A stretch of DNA of 64,000 nt from Candidatus Aenigmatarchaeota archaeon (GTDB taxonomy: Archaea > Aenigmatarchaeota > Aenigmatarchaeia > Aenigmatarchaeales > DAIDAN01), in assembly GCA_049303335.1 (NCBI GenBank), contig JBAQNA010000022.1, forward strand, positions 1,135 to 65,134, written 5' to 3'. Shown here in pieces: positions 32,415 to 40,700 of the stretch. Made by a program: the position numbers and the translations under genes. How positions within the stretch are numbered: the stretch's first letter is position 1; each line of letters begins with the position of its first letter. The notes under the pieces were generated by a model. The model was not told the DNA's origin, did not search any database, and saw only the letters and a list, made by a program, of their open reading frames with translations.

Positions 32415-32858
32415 TTGCATATGAGAATTTTTATAAGTTTTTCTAAAGAAGGTATAAAATATGCAGAGAAAGTAAATACTTTTTTCGAAGTAAACGGATG
32501 TAGTCCGTTTCTAGCAACAAAAAATATCGCTCCTGGAGAATTTGGGTGGATAAGAATTGGAAAAGAAATAAATAGTTCAGATTTAATTATATTTATAATC
32601 ACAGAAAGTAGTCAAAGTTCCACAAGCCAAATGTCTGAAATTTCGTTGTCTATGAATTTAGGAAAGCATATTATATCTTGTGTTAAAGATGGAATTGAGT
32701 TATCTGAACTAATTATTCTAGAAGCGCGTAATATTCTCAAGTTTGAAGATTCAAATCTAGAGTCAATATGTCATAAGATCTTATCTAATATAAACAATGG
32801 AAGATATTCTAAAGAAATAAAACCATCTTCTTCCTTACCAGAAGGTAAAGAGGTGTGA
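32415..32858 (+). CDS. TIR-domain protein (ThsB-like, stand-alone)
   Basis: RIFISFSKEG ... LIIFIITESSQSSTSQMSEISLS follows the TIR pattern (a beta-A IFISYS-like motif and a beta-C/alpha-C Ser/Glu region). 147 aa; low-GC gene. Confidence 0.6.
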   Translation: MHMRIFISFSKEGIKYAEKVNTFFEVNGCSPFLATKNIAPGEFGWIRIGKEINSSDLIIFIITESSQSSTSQMSEISLSMNLGKHIISCVKDGIELSELIILEARNILKFEDSNLESICHKILSNINNGRYSKEIKPSSSLPEGKEV

Positions 32859-33625
32859 ATATGATAGATGAAAATGAAATAAGAGAGTTTTCAGAAGCAA
32901 TTATTGAGACCTACAAGAATTTATCAATATTAAAAGAAATCAGTCAGATTATTGAATATTCTGACGGAATTAAATGTGATTTCATTCAGATAGGGGAAAG
33001 AGTATTGTTGCCTAAAGAATTCTTTAAGAAGGGCAATAATATTGATAATAGATTTTTAGGTGGTGATTTTGCTAGGTCTGTTATATGGGGTGAGGAAAAT
33101 TTCATAATTAATCAATTGACAGAGTTAGCAGAAAAAGGCAAAATACTCTCAGTTCAGATAAAAGATTTCTCTTATCCTACTATTGTTCAATATATCTTGC
33201 GTGTTGATAATCCTACTGATATATTCATACCTATAGACCTTGAACCCTATTATATGAAAGTTCATGATTGGATAAAAGAAGGAAATGCTGGATATGAAGG
33301 AAGTCAATTATATATATTTGCTGGAGAAAAAAAAATAAGAGTACATTGGTCAACAAAATATACACCTTTTGACAGTATTATCGTACTAGATAGAGATGGT
33401 GTTAAAATAGTACAAAAAAGGTTTGAAGATATAAAAATACCAAAAGAGTTTATAACTCCAATATATAGTTATAAAAAGAGTGAACCTTTTAGAATTGATT
33501 TTGCAGAATCTGATAAACCGGATCATTTTGACTGTTATATTAGAAGTGTATTCGCTATATATGAAATAGAAAAAGAATCTATTTATGTAATAAAGTTGCC
33601 TAAGGATGAAAAATCTAAAAAGTAA
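32855..33625 (+). CDS. hypothetical protein translationally coupled to the TIR gene (candidate effector/sensor)
   Basis: ATGA start/stop overlap with the TIR gene; same low-GC composition; 256 aa, no motif recognised. Confidence 0.45.
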   Translation: MNMIDENEIREFSEAIIETYKNLSILKEISQIIEYSDGIKCDFIQIGERVLLPKEFFKKGNNIDNRFLGGDFARSVIWGEENFIINQLTELAEKGKILSVQIKDFSYPTIVQYILRVDNPTDIFIPIDLEPYYMKVHDWIKEGNAGYEGSQLYIFAGEKKIRVHWSTKYTPFDSIIVLDRDGVKIVQKRFEDIKIPKEFITPIYSYKKSEPFRIDFAESDKPDHFDCYIRSVFAIYEIEKESIYVIKLPKDEKSKK

Positions 33626-33673
33626 ATATATAGTACATTTTTCTTTTTATCTTACTTCTCCTAATTCTTCTTT

Positions 33674-34495
33674 ATGAAACCGCTCATCAAGCTCGGCACC
33701 GCCGGCATTCCCCTTTCTTGCGAAAAGCGCGACACTGTTTCGGGAATAAAAAAAGTCGCGGAGCTCGGCTTGCAGGCGCTGGAGGTCGAGTTCGTGCGCG
33801 GCGTGAGCATGTCGCTGCCAAAAGCCAAGGAAGTCGGGAAAGCCGCGGCAGAATCCGGAATCGGGCTTTCAATCCACGCGCCGTATTACATAAACCTTGC
33901 GAGCGGGGAAAAAGCGATAATCGCGGCGAGCAAGAAGCGCGTTCTCGATTCGCTGGAGCGCGGCGCCGCGATGGACGCGAAAATCGTGGTGGTTCACGCG
34001 GGCTATTACGGAAAAAATCGCGATGAAGCCGTGAAAATGATAGCCGAAGCCTGCGCAGAGATTGCGGAAAGGATAGAAAAGAACAAATGGGACATAATTT
34101 TCGGGATCGAAACGAGCGGGAAGCAGGGGCAGTTCGGGCCGCTGGAGGAGATTGTTGCGTTGTGTGAAAAATCAAAGCATTGCGCGCCGGTGATAGATTT
34201 TGCGCACCTGTTCGCGCGGCAGGCGGGAATCATTGATTACGGGAAAGTTCTTGATTCTGTAAAACATTACAGGCACTTGCACTGCCATTTTTCGGGAATA
34301 AATTACAGCGTTGTCGGAGTTGGAAAAGGAAACGAGCGCAACCACGAGCCGATCGGGAAGCCGCCGTTCGAACCGCTCGCGGAAGAGCTTTTGAAGCGCG
34401 GCGCGGACATCACGATAATCTGCGAAAGTCCGTTGCTTGAGAATGACGCGCTGAAGATGAAGAATGCACTTGAGAAATTGGAACACTCGTTTTGA
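33674..34495 (+). CDS. nfo: endonuclease IV (Nfo) family AP endonuclease, TIM barrel
   Basis: LGTAGIPLSC...LEVEF...HAPYYINLAS...VVHAGYY...DFAHL matches the Nfo metal-ligand His/Glu/Asp pattern. Confidence 0.75.
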   Translation: MKPLIKLGTAGIPLSCEKRDTVSGIKKVAELGLQALEVEFVRGVSMSLPKAKEVGKAAAESGIGLSIHAPYYINLASGEKAIIAASKKRVLDSLERGAAMDAKIVVVHAGYYGKNRDEAVKMIAEACAEIAERIEKNKWDIIFGIETSGKQGQFGPLEEIVALCEKSKHCAPVIDFAHLFARQAGIIDYGKVLDSVKHYRHLHCHFSGINYSVVGVGKGNERNHEPIGKPPFEPLAEELLKRGADITIICESPLLENDALKMKNALEKLEHSF

Positions 34496-34603
34496 CGCCG
34501 CGTCAGGCTTATAAATGGGTGAAACGAATTGTTTTTTGCGAGAGGCTGTTTTATACGAACCGCGCTCTGGCAGCAAAACTAATTCCTTGTTAAAGCTGGT
34601 CTT

Positions 34604-35425
34604 ATGGTTATGGAATACATTTCGCAGGCTTGGGACGCGTACAAAAGAAACTTCTGGCAGATAATCGGCGGACTGCTTCTTGTCATGCTCATAACTTTCG
34701 GAATAATCATAATCGGCGCGCTGCCGCTTCTTGCAAGCTTCATACAATATTACGGCGGAGTTTCTTCCCCGACAACCGCGGCATTTGCAAACTTTATTTC
34801 GGACAGCGCCGCGCAGATAGCGATATTCATTGCAGGCATACTGGCGGCTTTCATGGCTGCGGTTGCGCTTAACGCGGGATATGTAAAAATGCTTGCGGAT
34901 TCGCTGAAAGGCAAGGCCGAGATAAGCACGATATTCGAGACTGCGAAAGAGAAGTTCTGGACAATACTCGGGGCGAACATTCTCACATTGCTTATAGTTT
35001 CTGCGCTGGCGCTCGTCCTGCTGGTTCCGCCTTTCCTGATTATGGCATCGTCTTCAATCGAAACGTCCGATGTCTCGGGGATTTTCGCGGTTTTGGGCGC
35101 GCTTCTATGGTTTTTTGCGGGCTTGATAATTTTTATACTCGCGGTGCTGCCGTTTACCCTGGTAGAACAGGCGGTTGTGATAGGAAATCACGGCGTTGTC
35201 GATTCCGTGAAGAAAAGCTTTTCCGTCGTGAAAGGCAACTATCTGCAATTCCTTGCGTTGGTTGTCATTTTGGGCGTAGTAAGCGGCGTTGTCTCGCTGG
35301 TTCCGCTGATGGGCGACTTGATAAACCTCTTTGTGGTAACGCCCATTATGCTGCTGTCTTACACGATTTTCTATCTGGCGAAAACGGGAAAAACCGGAGC
35401 AAGAAAACCGAAACGGAAGCGATAA
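34604..35425 (+). CDS. hypothetical multi-pass membrane protein, tandem paralog 1
   Basis: N-terminus YISQAWDAYKRNFWQIIGGLL; paralogous to the next gene along its whole length. Confidence 0.5.
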   Translation: MVMEYISQAWDAYKRNFWQIIGGLLLVMLITFGIIIIGALPLLASFIQYYGGVSSPTTAAFANFISDSAAQIAIFIAGILAAFMAAVALNAGYVKMLADSLKGKAEISTIFETAKEKFWTILGANILTLLIVSALALVLLVPPFLIMASSSIETSDVSGIFAVLGALLWFFAGLIIFILAVLPFTLVEQAVVIGNHGVVDSVKKSFSVVKGNYLQFLALVVILGVVSGVVSLVPLMGDLINLFVVTPIMLLSYTIFYLAKTGKTGARKPKRKR

Positions 35426-35426
35426 T

Positions 35427-36308
35427 ATGGTAACAAGATACTTGTCGGAATCGTGGGACGCGTACAAAAGAAACTTCTGGCAGATAGTCGGTGGACTGCT
35501 TATTATTACATTGGTGATGTCCGGGATAATCATAGTCAGCGCGCTGCCCATCGTTGCAAAGCTCATAGGATATTTATCAGCGTCTTCCAACGTGCAGTCG
35601 GCATTGTTTCAGTTTCTCATGGACGGCGGCGTGCAGTTTTCCGCTGCCTTGCTTGTCGCAGGCGTAATAGTCGCATTGATAATAAGCACCGCGCTTGAAG
35701 CCGGATTTGTAAGAATGCTTGCGGACGCGCTGAAGGGAAAAGCCGAGATAGGCGTCATGATTTCCACGGCAAGGGAAAAATTCTGGACGATAATCGGCGC
35801 TAACGTTCTTGCCGGCGTGGCAAGGTTTGCGCTTTTCCTTGTTTTTATATTTCCGCCGTTTATGGCGATAATGTATGAGTCTGTTTATAATCTCAGCAAT
35901 TATCTTTATGCTCCTGATATCGGCACGATGCTCTGGTTTTACGGAGGCTTGGTAATCTATATGCTTCTTGTTTTGCCTTTTACCCTCGTGAATCAGGCGG
36001 TTGTTGTAGGAAATCATAATGCCGTTGATTCCGTAAAGAAAAGCTTTTCCGTCGTGAAAGCGAATTACCTGCAGTTCCTCGGGCTGACCGTTCTCGTGTC
36101 CCTGATAGCTATGTTGGTTGCGATTGTTCCCGTATTGGGCTCGCTCGCAAACTTCTTTGTGGTAACGCCTGTTGCGGCGCTCGCCTACACCGCGTTCTAT
36201 CTTGCAAAGGCGAGGGAATCCGGAAGAGCTGCAATCGGAAAAAGAGGAACCGCAAAAAGAAATTCTGTAAGGGGAAGAAAGAGAACCGGCAGAGCGAAAA
36301 GGAAATGA
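35427..36308 (+). CDS. hypothetical multi-pass membrane protein, tandem paralog 2 (Arg/Lys-rich tail)
   Basis: N-terminus YLSESWDAYKRNFWQIVGGLL; shares the blocks MLADxLKGKAEI and VVIGNHxxVDSVKKSFSVVKxNYLQF with paralog 1. Confidence 0.5.
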   Translation: MVTRYLSESWDAYKRNFWQIVGGLLIITLVMSGIIIVSALPIVAKLIGYLSASSNVQSALFQFLMDGGVQFSAALLVAGVIVALIISTALEAGFVRMLADALKGKAEIGVMISTAREKFWTIIGANVLAGVARFALFLVFIFPPFMAIMYESVYNLSNYLYAPDIGTMLWFYGGLVIYMLLVLPFTLVNQAVVVGNHNAVDSVKKSFSVVKANYLQFLGLTVLVSLIAMLVAIVPVLGSLANFFVVTPVAALAYTAFYLAKARESGRAAIGKRGTAKRNSVRGRKRTGRAKRK

Positions 36309-36372
36309 TTTTTGCGGCATATGAGCAGAATATAGTAACGCAAAATCTTAGCAGCTTGACAGGTTAATCATA

Positions 36373-37161
36373 TCAGTTTTCTTTATCGTTTTCATTTTCC
36401 TTGCTTGCTTCAGCCGGGCTTTCCTTGTTTTCGTTTTTGTTCTCCGCAGGTTTTTCCCCGCTTTTCAGCTCCACCATTATCTCCTGGAAAAGCTCGCCCT
36501 GCTCGTAGCCTATCTTTCCTTCCTGCGCGAGGTGGAGCATAGGCATCAGCGTCTTCACGATTTTCTCGCGCTTCCAGTCCGCGACAAGCTTTGAGAATTC
36601 CACCTTGCCGTTTTCCAGCTCCGAAAGGATTCCCTTTATCTGCGCGAGCAGCTTGTCAATCCTTTCGTTGATGTCATCGGGCTCGATTGCGAGCACTTGG
36701 CCGACTATCGCCTTTTGCCTGTCCTTTCTCGCTGTCCTGCGCTCCTGCACATCGAAAGCCTTTCTCAAAGCGCCGATCAGTTCCGTGAGGCTGACGTTTT
36801 TCAGCGGCACCCTTTTTATCGGCGGGTCAAGCGGCGGAACCCCGGCGAGCTGGCGGAGCAAGTCCGCTTCTTTCTGGTTCTTGTCCGGCGACTCGGGTAT
36901 CAGTATTTTCAGCTCCTTCTCCGCGAGAATGTCCGACTTCATCCGAAGCAGGATTGCAGCTATCAGTATGAACCGCGCGGGCACGCGCAGGTCGTTTTCC
37001 ATCTTTTGGATGTGCTCGATATAGAAAGAGAAGGCGTCCGCGAGCTTCACGATGTCAATCGACCACGGCTCCATTCCCTCCTCTGCCACGATTTTGACAA
37101 TCACGTCCTCCCAGCTCGGCTCGACAACCATCAGCCTTATCATCTGCTCGTTGGATAACAT
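36373..37161 (-). CDS. scpA: segregation and condensation protein A (kleisin ScpA)
   Basis: N-terminal ScpA motif (EGMEPWSIDIVKLADAF, RFILIAAILLRMKS), a winged-helix C-terminus and an acidic tail. Confidence 0.7.
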   Translation of the reverse strand: MLSNEQMIRLMVVEPSWEDVIVKIVAEEGMEPWSIDIVKLADAFSFYIEHIQKMENDLRVPARFILIAAILLRMKSDILAEKELKILIPESPDKNQKEADLLRQLAGVPPLDPPIKRVPLKNVSLTELIGALRKAFDVQERRTARKDRQKAIVGQVLAIEPDDINERIDKLLAQIKGILSELENGKVEFSKLVADWKREKIVKTLMPMLHLAQEGKIGYEQGELFQEIMVELKSGEKPAENKNENKESPAEASKENENDKEN

Positions 37162-37233
37162 AACATCTTTTCGGGTTAAGAAGTTAAAAAGGTTTCAAGA
37201 AAACATTTTAATAAGCGTTGTCATAATTATGCT

Positions 37234-37554
37234 ATGAATCTTGACGAATTGAAAATCAGGCTGAAAGAGTATAAGCCAGAAGACATTATTTTTTCGCATC
37301 ATGCTGAAATCAGGCTGCTTCAAAGAAACATTCCGAGAAAGATTATGGAAGACAGCATAACAAATCCAGTAAACCTGATAGATTTTATAGAGGAAGAACC
37401 AGAAAGGCAGAAATACAGGCTTATATTTGAATTAAGCCATAACAGGAATCTCATAGTTGTTGCCGCGCTCGGCGCAAGAATAAGCGTCATAACCGCGCTA
37501 ATCAGGTATAGAAAATGGATGAGACCTATAAATTTAAAGGATAGAAAACAATAA
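37234..37554 (+). CDS. DUF4258-like small protein (putative toxin of a TA-like pair)
   Basis: 106 aa; pattern IIFSHHAEIRLLQRNI...; adjacent to a DUF2283-like gene. Confidence 0.4.
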   Translation: MNLDELKIRLKEYKPEDIIFSHHAEIRLLQRNIPRKIMEDSITNPVNLIDFIEEEPERQKYRLIFELSHNRNLIVVAALGARISVITALIRYRKWMRPINLKDRKQ

Positions 37555-37558
37555 GTTA

Positions 37559-37891
37559 ATGGTTAAAAATATGATAAAAGAAACTTATTTTGACTATGAC
37601 AGGGAGAACGATTCTTTGTTCATTTACAAGAAAGAGACTGTAAAGGGCAGCATTGATGTCGGGAATTATGTGGTGGACTTCACGCACGAGGGCAATGTCG
37701 CCGGAATAGAGATAATGAACGCCAGCGAGGTTATGAGAAACCTGAAAGTGGAAAATATCGAAAAGTTTCTGGAGAACATAAAACAGATCACAATCAAGTC
37801 GGTGCAGAAGCGCGATTCCGTTGTTATCTATTTTGCCATTTCTTCCGACACGCAGATAAGTTCGTCAATAGCGATTCCCGTTTGCAGATGA
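37559..37891 (+). CDS. DUF2283-like small protein (putative antitoxin partner)
   Basis: YFDYDRENDSLFIYKKE...GIEIMNAS resembles DUF2283; 4-nt spacing from the upstream gene. Confidence 0.4.
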   Translation: MVKNMIKETYFDYDRENDSLFIYKKETVKGSIDVGNYVVDFTHEGNVAGIEIMNASEVMRNLKVENIEKFLENIKQITIKSVQKRDSVVIYFAISSDTQISSSIAIPVCR

Positions 37892-37912
37892 AATTGAAAT
37901 ATTATTAAATTT

Positions 37913-38401
37913 ATGAAACTTTCCATCGAGCTTGTGCCGTCAACATCTTGGTATAACAATCTTCGGAAAGCCCTCCCGAAAGAGGAGTGGGACAGAATCA
38001 GGAAGAAGTGTTATGCCAACGCAGGCTTCAGGTGTGAGATTTGCGGAGCGAAAGGAATGTTGAACTGCCACGAAATATGGAAGTATGACGATGCGAATAA
38101 TATTCAGAAATTAGAAGGCTTTATCGCGCTCTGCGAATTATGTCACCATATCAAGCATATCGGGCTTTCCAATATTCTTGCTTCCGAGGGAAAGTTGGAC
38201 ATGAAAAGGGTTATCGCGCATTTCATGAAAGTGAACGGCTGCGACAGAGGGGCTTTTGAAGCGCACGAGAAAGAGGCGTTCGGCGAATGGGAAAAGCGTT
38301 CAGCGCACGACTGGAAAGTCGTGCTGGGAGAATATGAAGGAATGATAAGCGGGAAAGAAAATGAAAAAGAAAACAAAGATTCGCTGAAGAGATTTTTGTG
38401 A
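37913..38401 (+). CDS. HNH-like zinc-finger protein
   Basis: CEICGAKGMLNCHEIW...LCELCHHIKH is a CxxC...H...CxxCH arrangement like the HNH/His-Me finger. Confidence 0.4.
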   Translation: MKLSIELVPSTSWYNNLRKALPKEEWDRIRKKCYANAGFRCEICGAKGMLNCHEIWKYDDANNIQKLEGFIALCELCHHIKHIGLSNILASEGKLDMKRVIAHFMKVNGCDRGAFEAHEKEAFGEWEKRSAHDWKVVLGEYEGMISGKENEKENKDSLKRFL

Positions 38402-38469
38402 TTTTCATTTCACGGCTTCTTTATAGCAAAGCAGATATTTTTATAATCTAATATACAATATCATTAACT

Positions 38470-39105
38470 ATGAACAAAAAACATCTCTGGGTTTTGGCAA
38501 GGCTTATGATAATCGTCATACCTGTTATTCTTGCATTTTTCATTTTATTTAATCCCTATGAAAGGATACCTTTGTCTAGAGAAAAAATTTTAGAAAATGT
38601 TACAATGATTAAGGTATCAGAAGATGTAATATTTCAACCATCACTTAAAAATGCAATTCGTGGAGTTTTTGATGTTCCTTTTGATTTAAAATGGTATGAC
38701 ATTTGTTTTGTAAATAATGATACAAAAATAATTTTTGAGAATGGAGAGACGGATAAAAATGTAAGTGTTTCTCTTAATTTTAACTATAATCAAACAATTC
38801 TTATCATTCCTTATGGAGAAACCAAATGTATACTTTACAAGTTTAATAAAGATTTTACATATTATTGGAGATTTGAAGCTCCTATTAATTTTACTAGAAT
38901 AGCAGAAACTTCAAAAGAAGAGCGTATTTACATAAACGAAACCCATTATCTTAAACGAAAAGGGACATGGTCTTTGCATCCTGATGTTGATTCATATGCA
39001 AAACCTGAGATGAGTAGTATAATTGTTAAAAATATTTTATTTTTCTTCGCATGGTTTAGTTTTTATAATGATAGAAATTATAAATTTTGTAAGATTTGGA
39101 ATTAA
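38470..39105 (+). CDS. hypothetical membrane-anchored protein (low-GC island)
   Basis: N-terminal TM helix, Asn/Lys-rich; GC visibly lower than the neighbours. Confidence 0.35.
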   Translation: MNKKHLWVLARLMIIVIPVILAFFILFNPYERIPLSREKILENVTMIKVSEDVIFQPSLKNAIRGVFDVPFDLKWYDICFVNNDTKIIFENGETDKNVSVSLNFNYNQTILIIPYGETKCILYKFNKDFTYYWRFEAPINFTRIAETSKEERIYINETHYLKRKGTWSLHPDVDSYAKPEMSSIIVKNILFFFAWFSFYNDRNYKFCKIWN

Positions 39106-39133
39106 TAAGAAGAAATAAGAATTATATATTTGA

Positions 39134-40651
39134 TTGTTTATTATTCATATTATGAATAATAAATTTTATAAGGATTTAGATAAAGTAAACGAAGAGATGA
39201 TAAAGTTTCTTAACAGCTATTCAAAGTCAAATATCCTTCAGAAGTTTTATATTTCAAGTTTTAAATCATTTTTTTATGGAAATTTGATAAATGCTTTTTT
39301 TACCAATTTGAATGCAGAAAATATTGAGGAACTTCAATTGCCGAAAGACAAAGTTTTGGAAATTAAAAAGAAATACAGAAACGTAATAAAACAAATTAAA
39401 TTAGCAACATCTTTAAAATTAAACAAAATAGATGAAAAATATTACAATGCATTCAAAAATCAGATAAAAAAGGATTTTCCAGTATTTGTAAAATTAATTG
39501 ATAGAATCGAGAGAAGCATTAACATAAATAAAGCGAAAAATTTCTTAAAGAAAAAAGAGAAAAAGATTAAAAAATCAGGAAACTCCAATAGTGATATTAA
39601 TTCTTTTTTTATAATCAAATCTTTAGAAGCATGTATTAAAAAGGAAAGAGGTCTTCCAAACATAAATAAAATAGACAGAATAATGAGAGTTTTTATCAAA
39701 AAACTTTTGCCTAAATTCTCCAAAGCAGTAGTGAAAAATCTAAAAAAGAACAGTAAAGAAATGTTAAATTCACAGAGAACTTATCAAGGTGGATTTGAAT
39801 ATAAACTTTATGTTCGGTGGAAGGAATCAATTGATTTACTAGAATGTTTAATCAGAATCTCAATGGAATCTGGAGAAGAACATAGAAACAAAATATCTAA
39901 ATCAAATGATAAAACAAATGATTATAAAAGAGTAGCTTTAATAAAAATTCATGCGAGAGCTGTTCATATTGCAAATGAAATTCTTATATTATTAAAATCC
40001 GGATATCCTGATGGCGCCAATGCGAGATGGCGAACACTTCATGAGTTGGCAGTAATTTCTTTTTTCTTATCTGCTAATAATAGCGAAGTGTCGCAAAGGT
40101 ATCTTGAACATGAAATGATAAAGAAATTCAAAGAGGCAAAAGATTATAGAAATTATTATAAAAAATTAGGGTTTCCTTCATTTGGGAGAAAAGATTTTAA
40201 TAGATTGAAGAAAGAGAAAGAAAAATTATGTAATAAATATAACGATAAATTTCAAGGAGAATACGGATGGATTCCGAGTAAAATATTGTCAGACAGAAAT
40301 TTTAGAACATTAGAGAAGCATGTAAGATTAGATAGGCTTCATCCATTTTATAATCTTTCCAATGATGCTGTCCATGGTGGTCCTAAAGGATTCTATCGTT
40401 TAGGGCTTATGAATGCATGGCAAGATAAATTACATTTAGTTGGTGCAAGCAATTATGGTCTTGCATTACCCATTCAAAATACTGTGATTTCTCTGTTGCA
40501 CGTAACTGTCTGTTTGCTTGGTTTAGAACCAGATTTCGAGAGTCTTATGCAAATGCAAATCATATGTATTTATGTCGATGAAATATGTCCCATTGCAGCT
40601 AAAATTCAAAAACAAATAGAGAAAGAAGAAGCTTCTAAGATTTCACCATAA
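39134..40651 (+). CDS. hypothetical 505-aa protein with possible HEPN-like Rx4H motif (Abi-like candidate)
   Basis: Very Lys-rich N-terminal half. The C-terminal half has ANARWRTLHELAVISFF (R-x4-H). Low-GC gene. Confidence 0.4.
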   Translation: MFIIHIMNNKFYKDLDKVNEEMIKFLNSYSKSNILQKFYISSFKSFFYGNLINAFFTNLNAENIEELQLPKDKVLEIKKKYRNVIKQIKLATSLKLNKIDEKYYNAFKNQIKKDFPVFVKLIDRIERSININKAKNFLKKKEKKIKKSGNSNSDINSFFIIKSLEACIKKERGLPNINKIDRIMRVFIKKLLPKFSKAVVKNLKKNSKEMLNSQRTYQGGFEYKLYVRWKESIDLLECLIRISMESGEEHRNKISKSNDKTNDYKRVALIKIHARAVHIANEILILLKSGYPDGANARWRTLHELAVISFFLSANNSEVSQRYLEHEMIKKFKEAKDYRNYYKKLGFPSFGRKDFNRLKKEKEKLCNKYNDKFQGEYGWIPSKILSDRNFRTLEKHVRLDRLHPFYNLSNDAVHGGPKGFYRLGLMNAWQDKLHLVGASNYGLALPIQNTVISLLHVTVCLLGLEPDFESLMQMQIICIYVDEICPIAAKIQKQIEKEEASKISP

Positions 40652-40700
40652 AAAATAAATTAAAAGATTTTATTGATACCTTTTCATAGAAATTCTTTTC

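Noticed and set aside
33687-34233. Arg-rich 162-aa and 102-aa ORFs overlapping nfo on both strands
   Set aside because: Products of GC-rich alternative frames of the endonuclease IV gene.
36605-37158. 139-aa and 153-aa plus-strand ORFs inside scpA
   Set aside because: Antisense to the ScpA kleisin gene.
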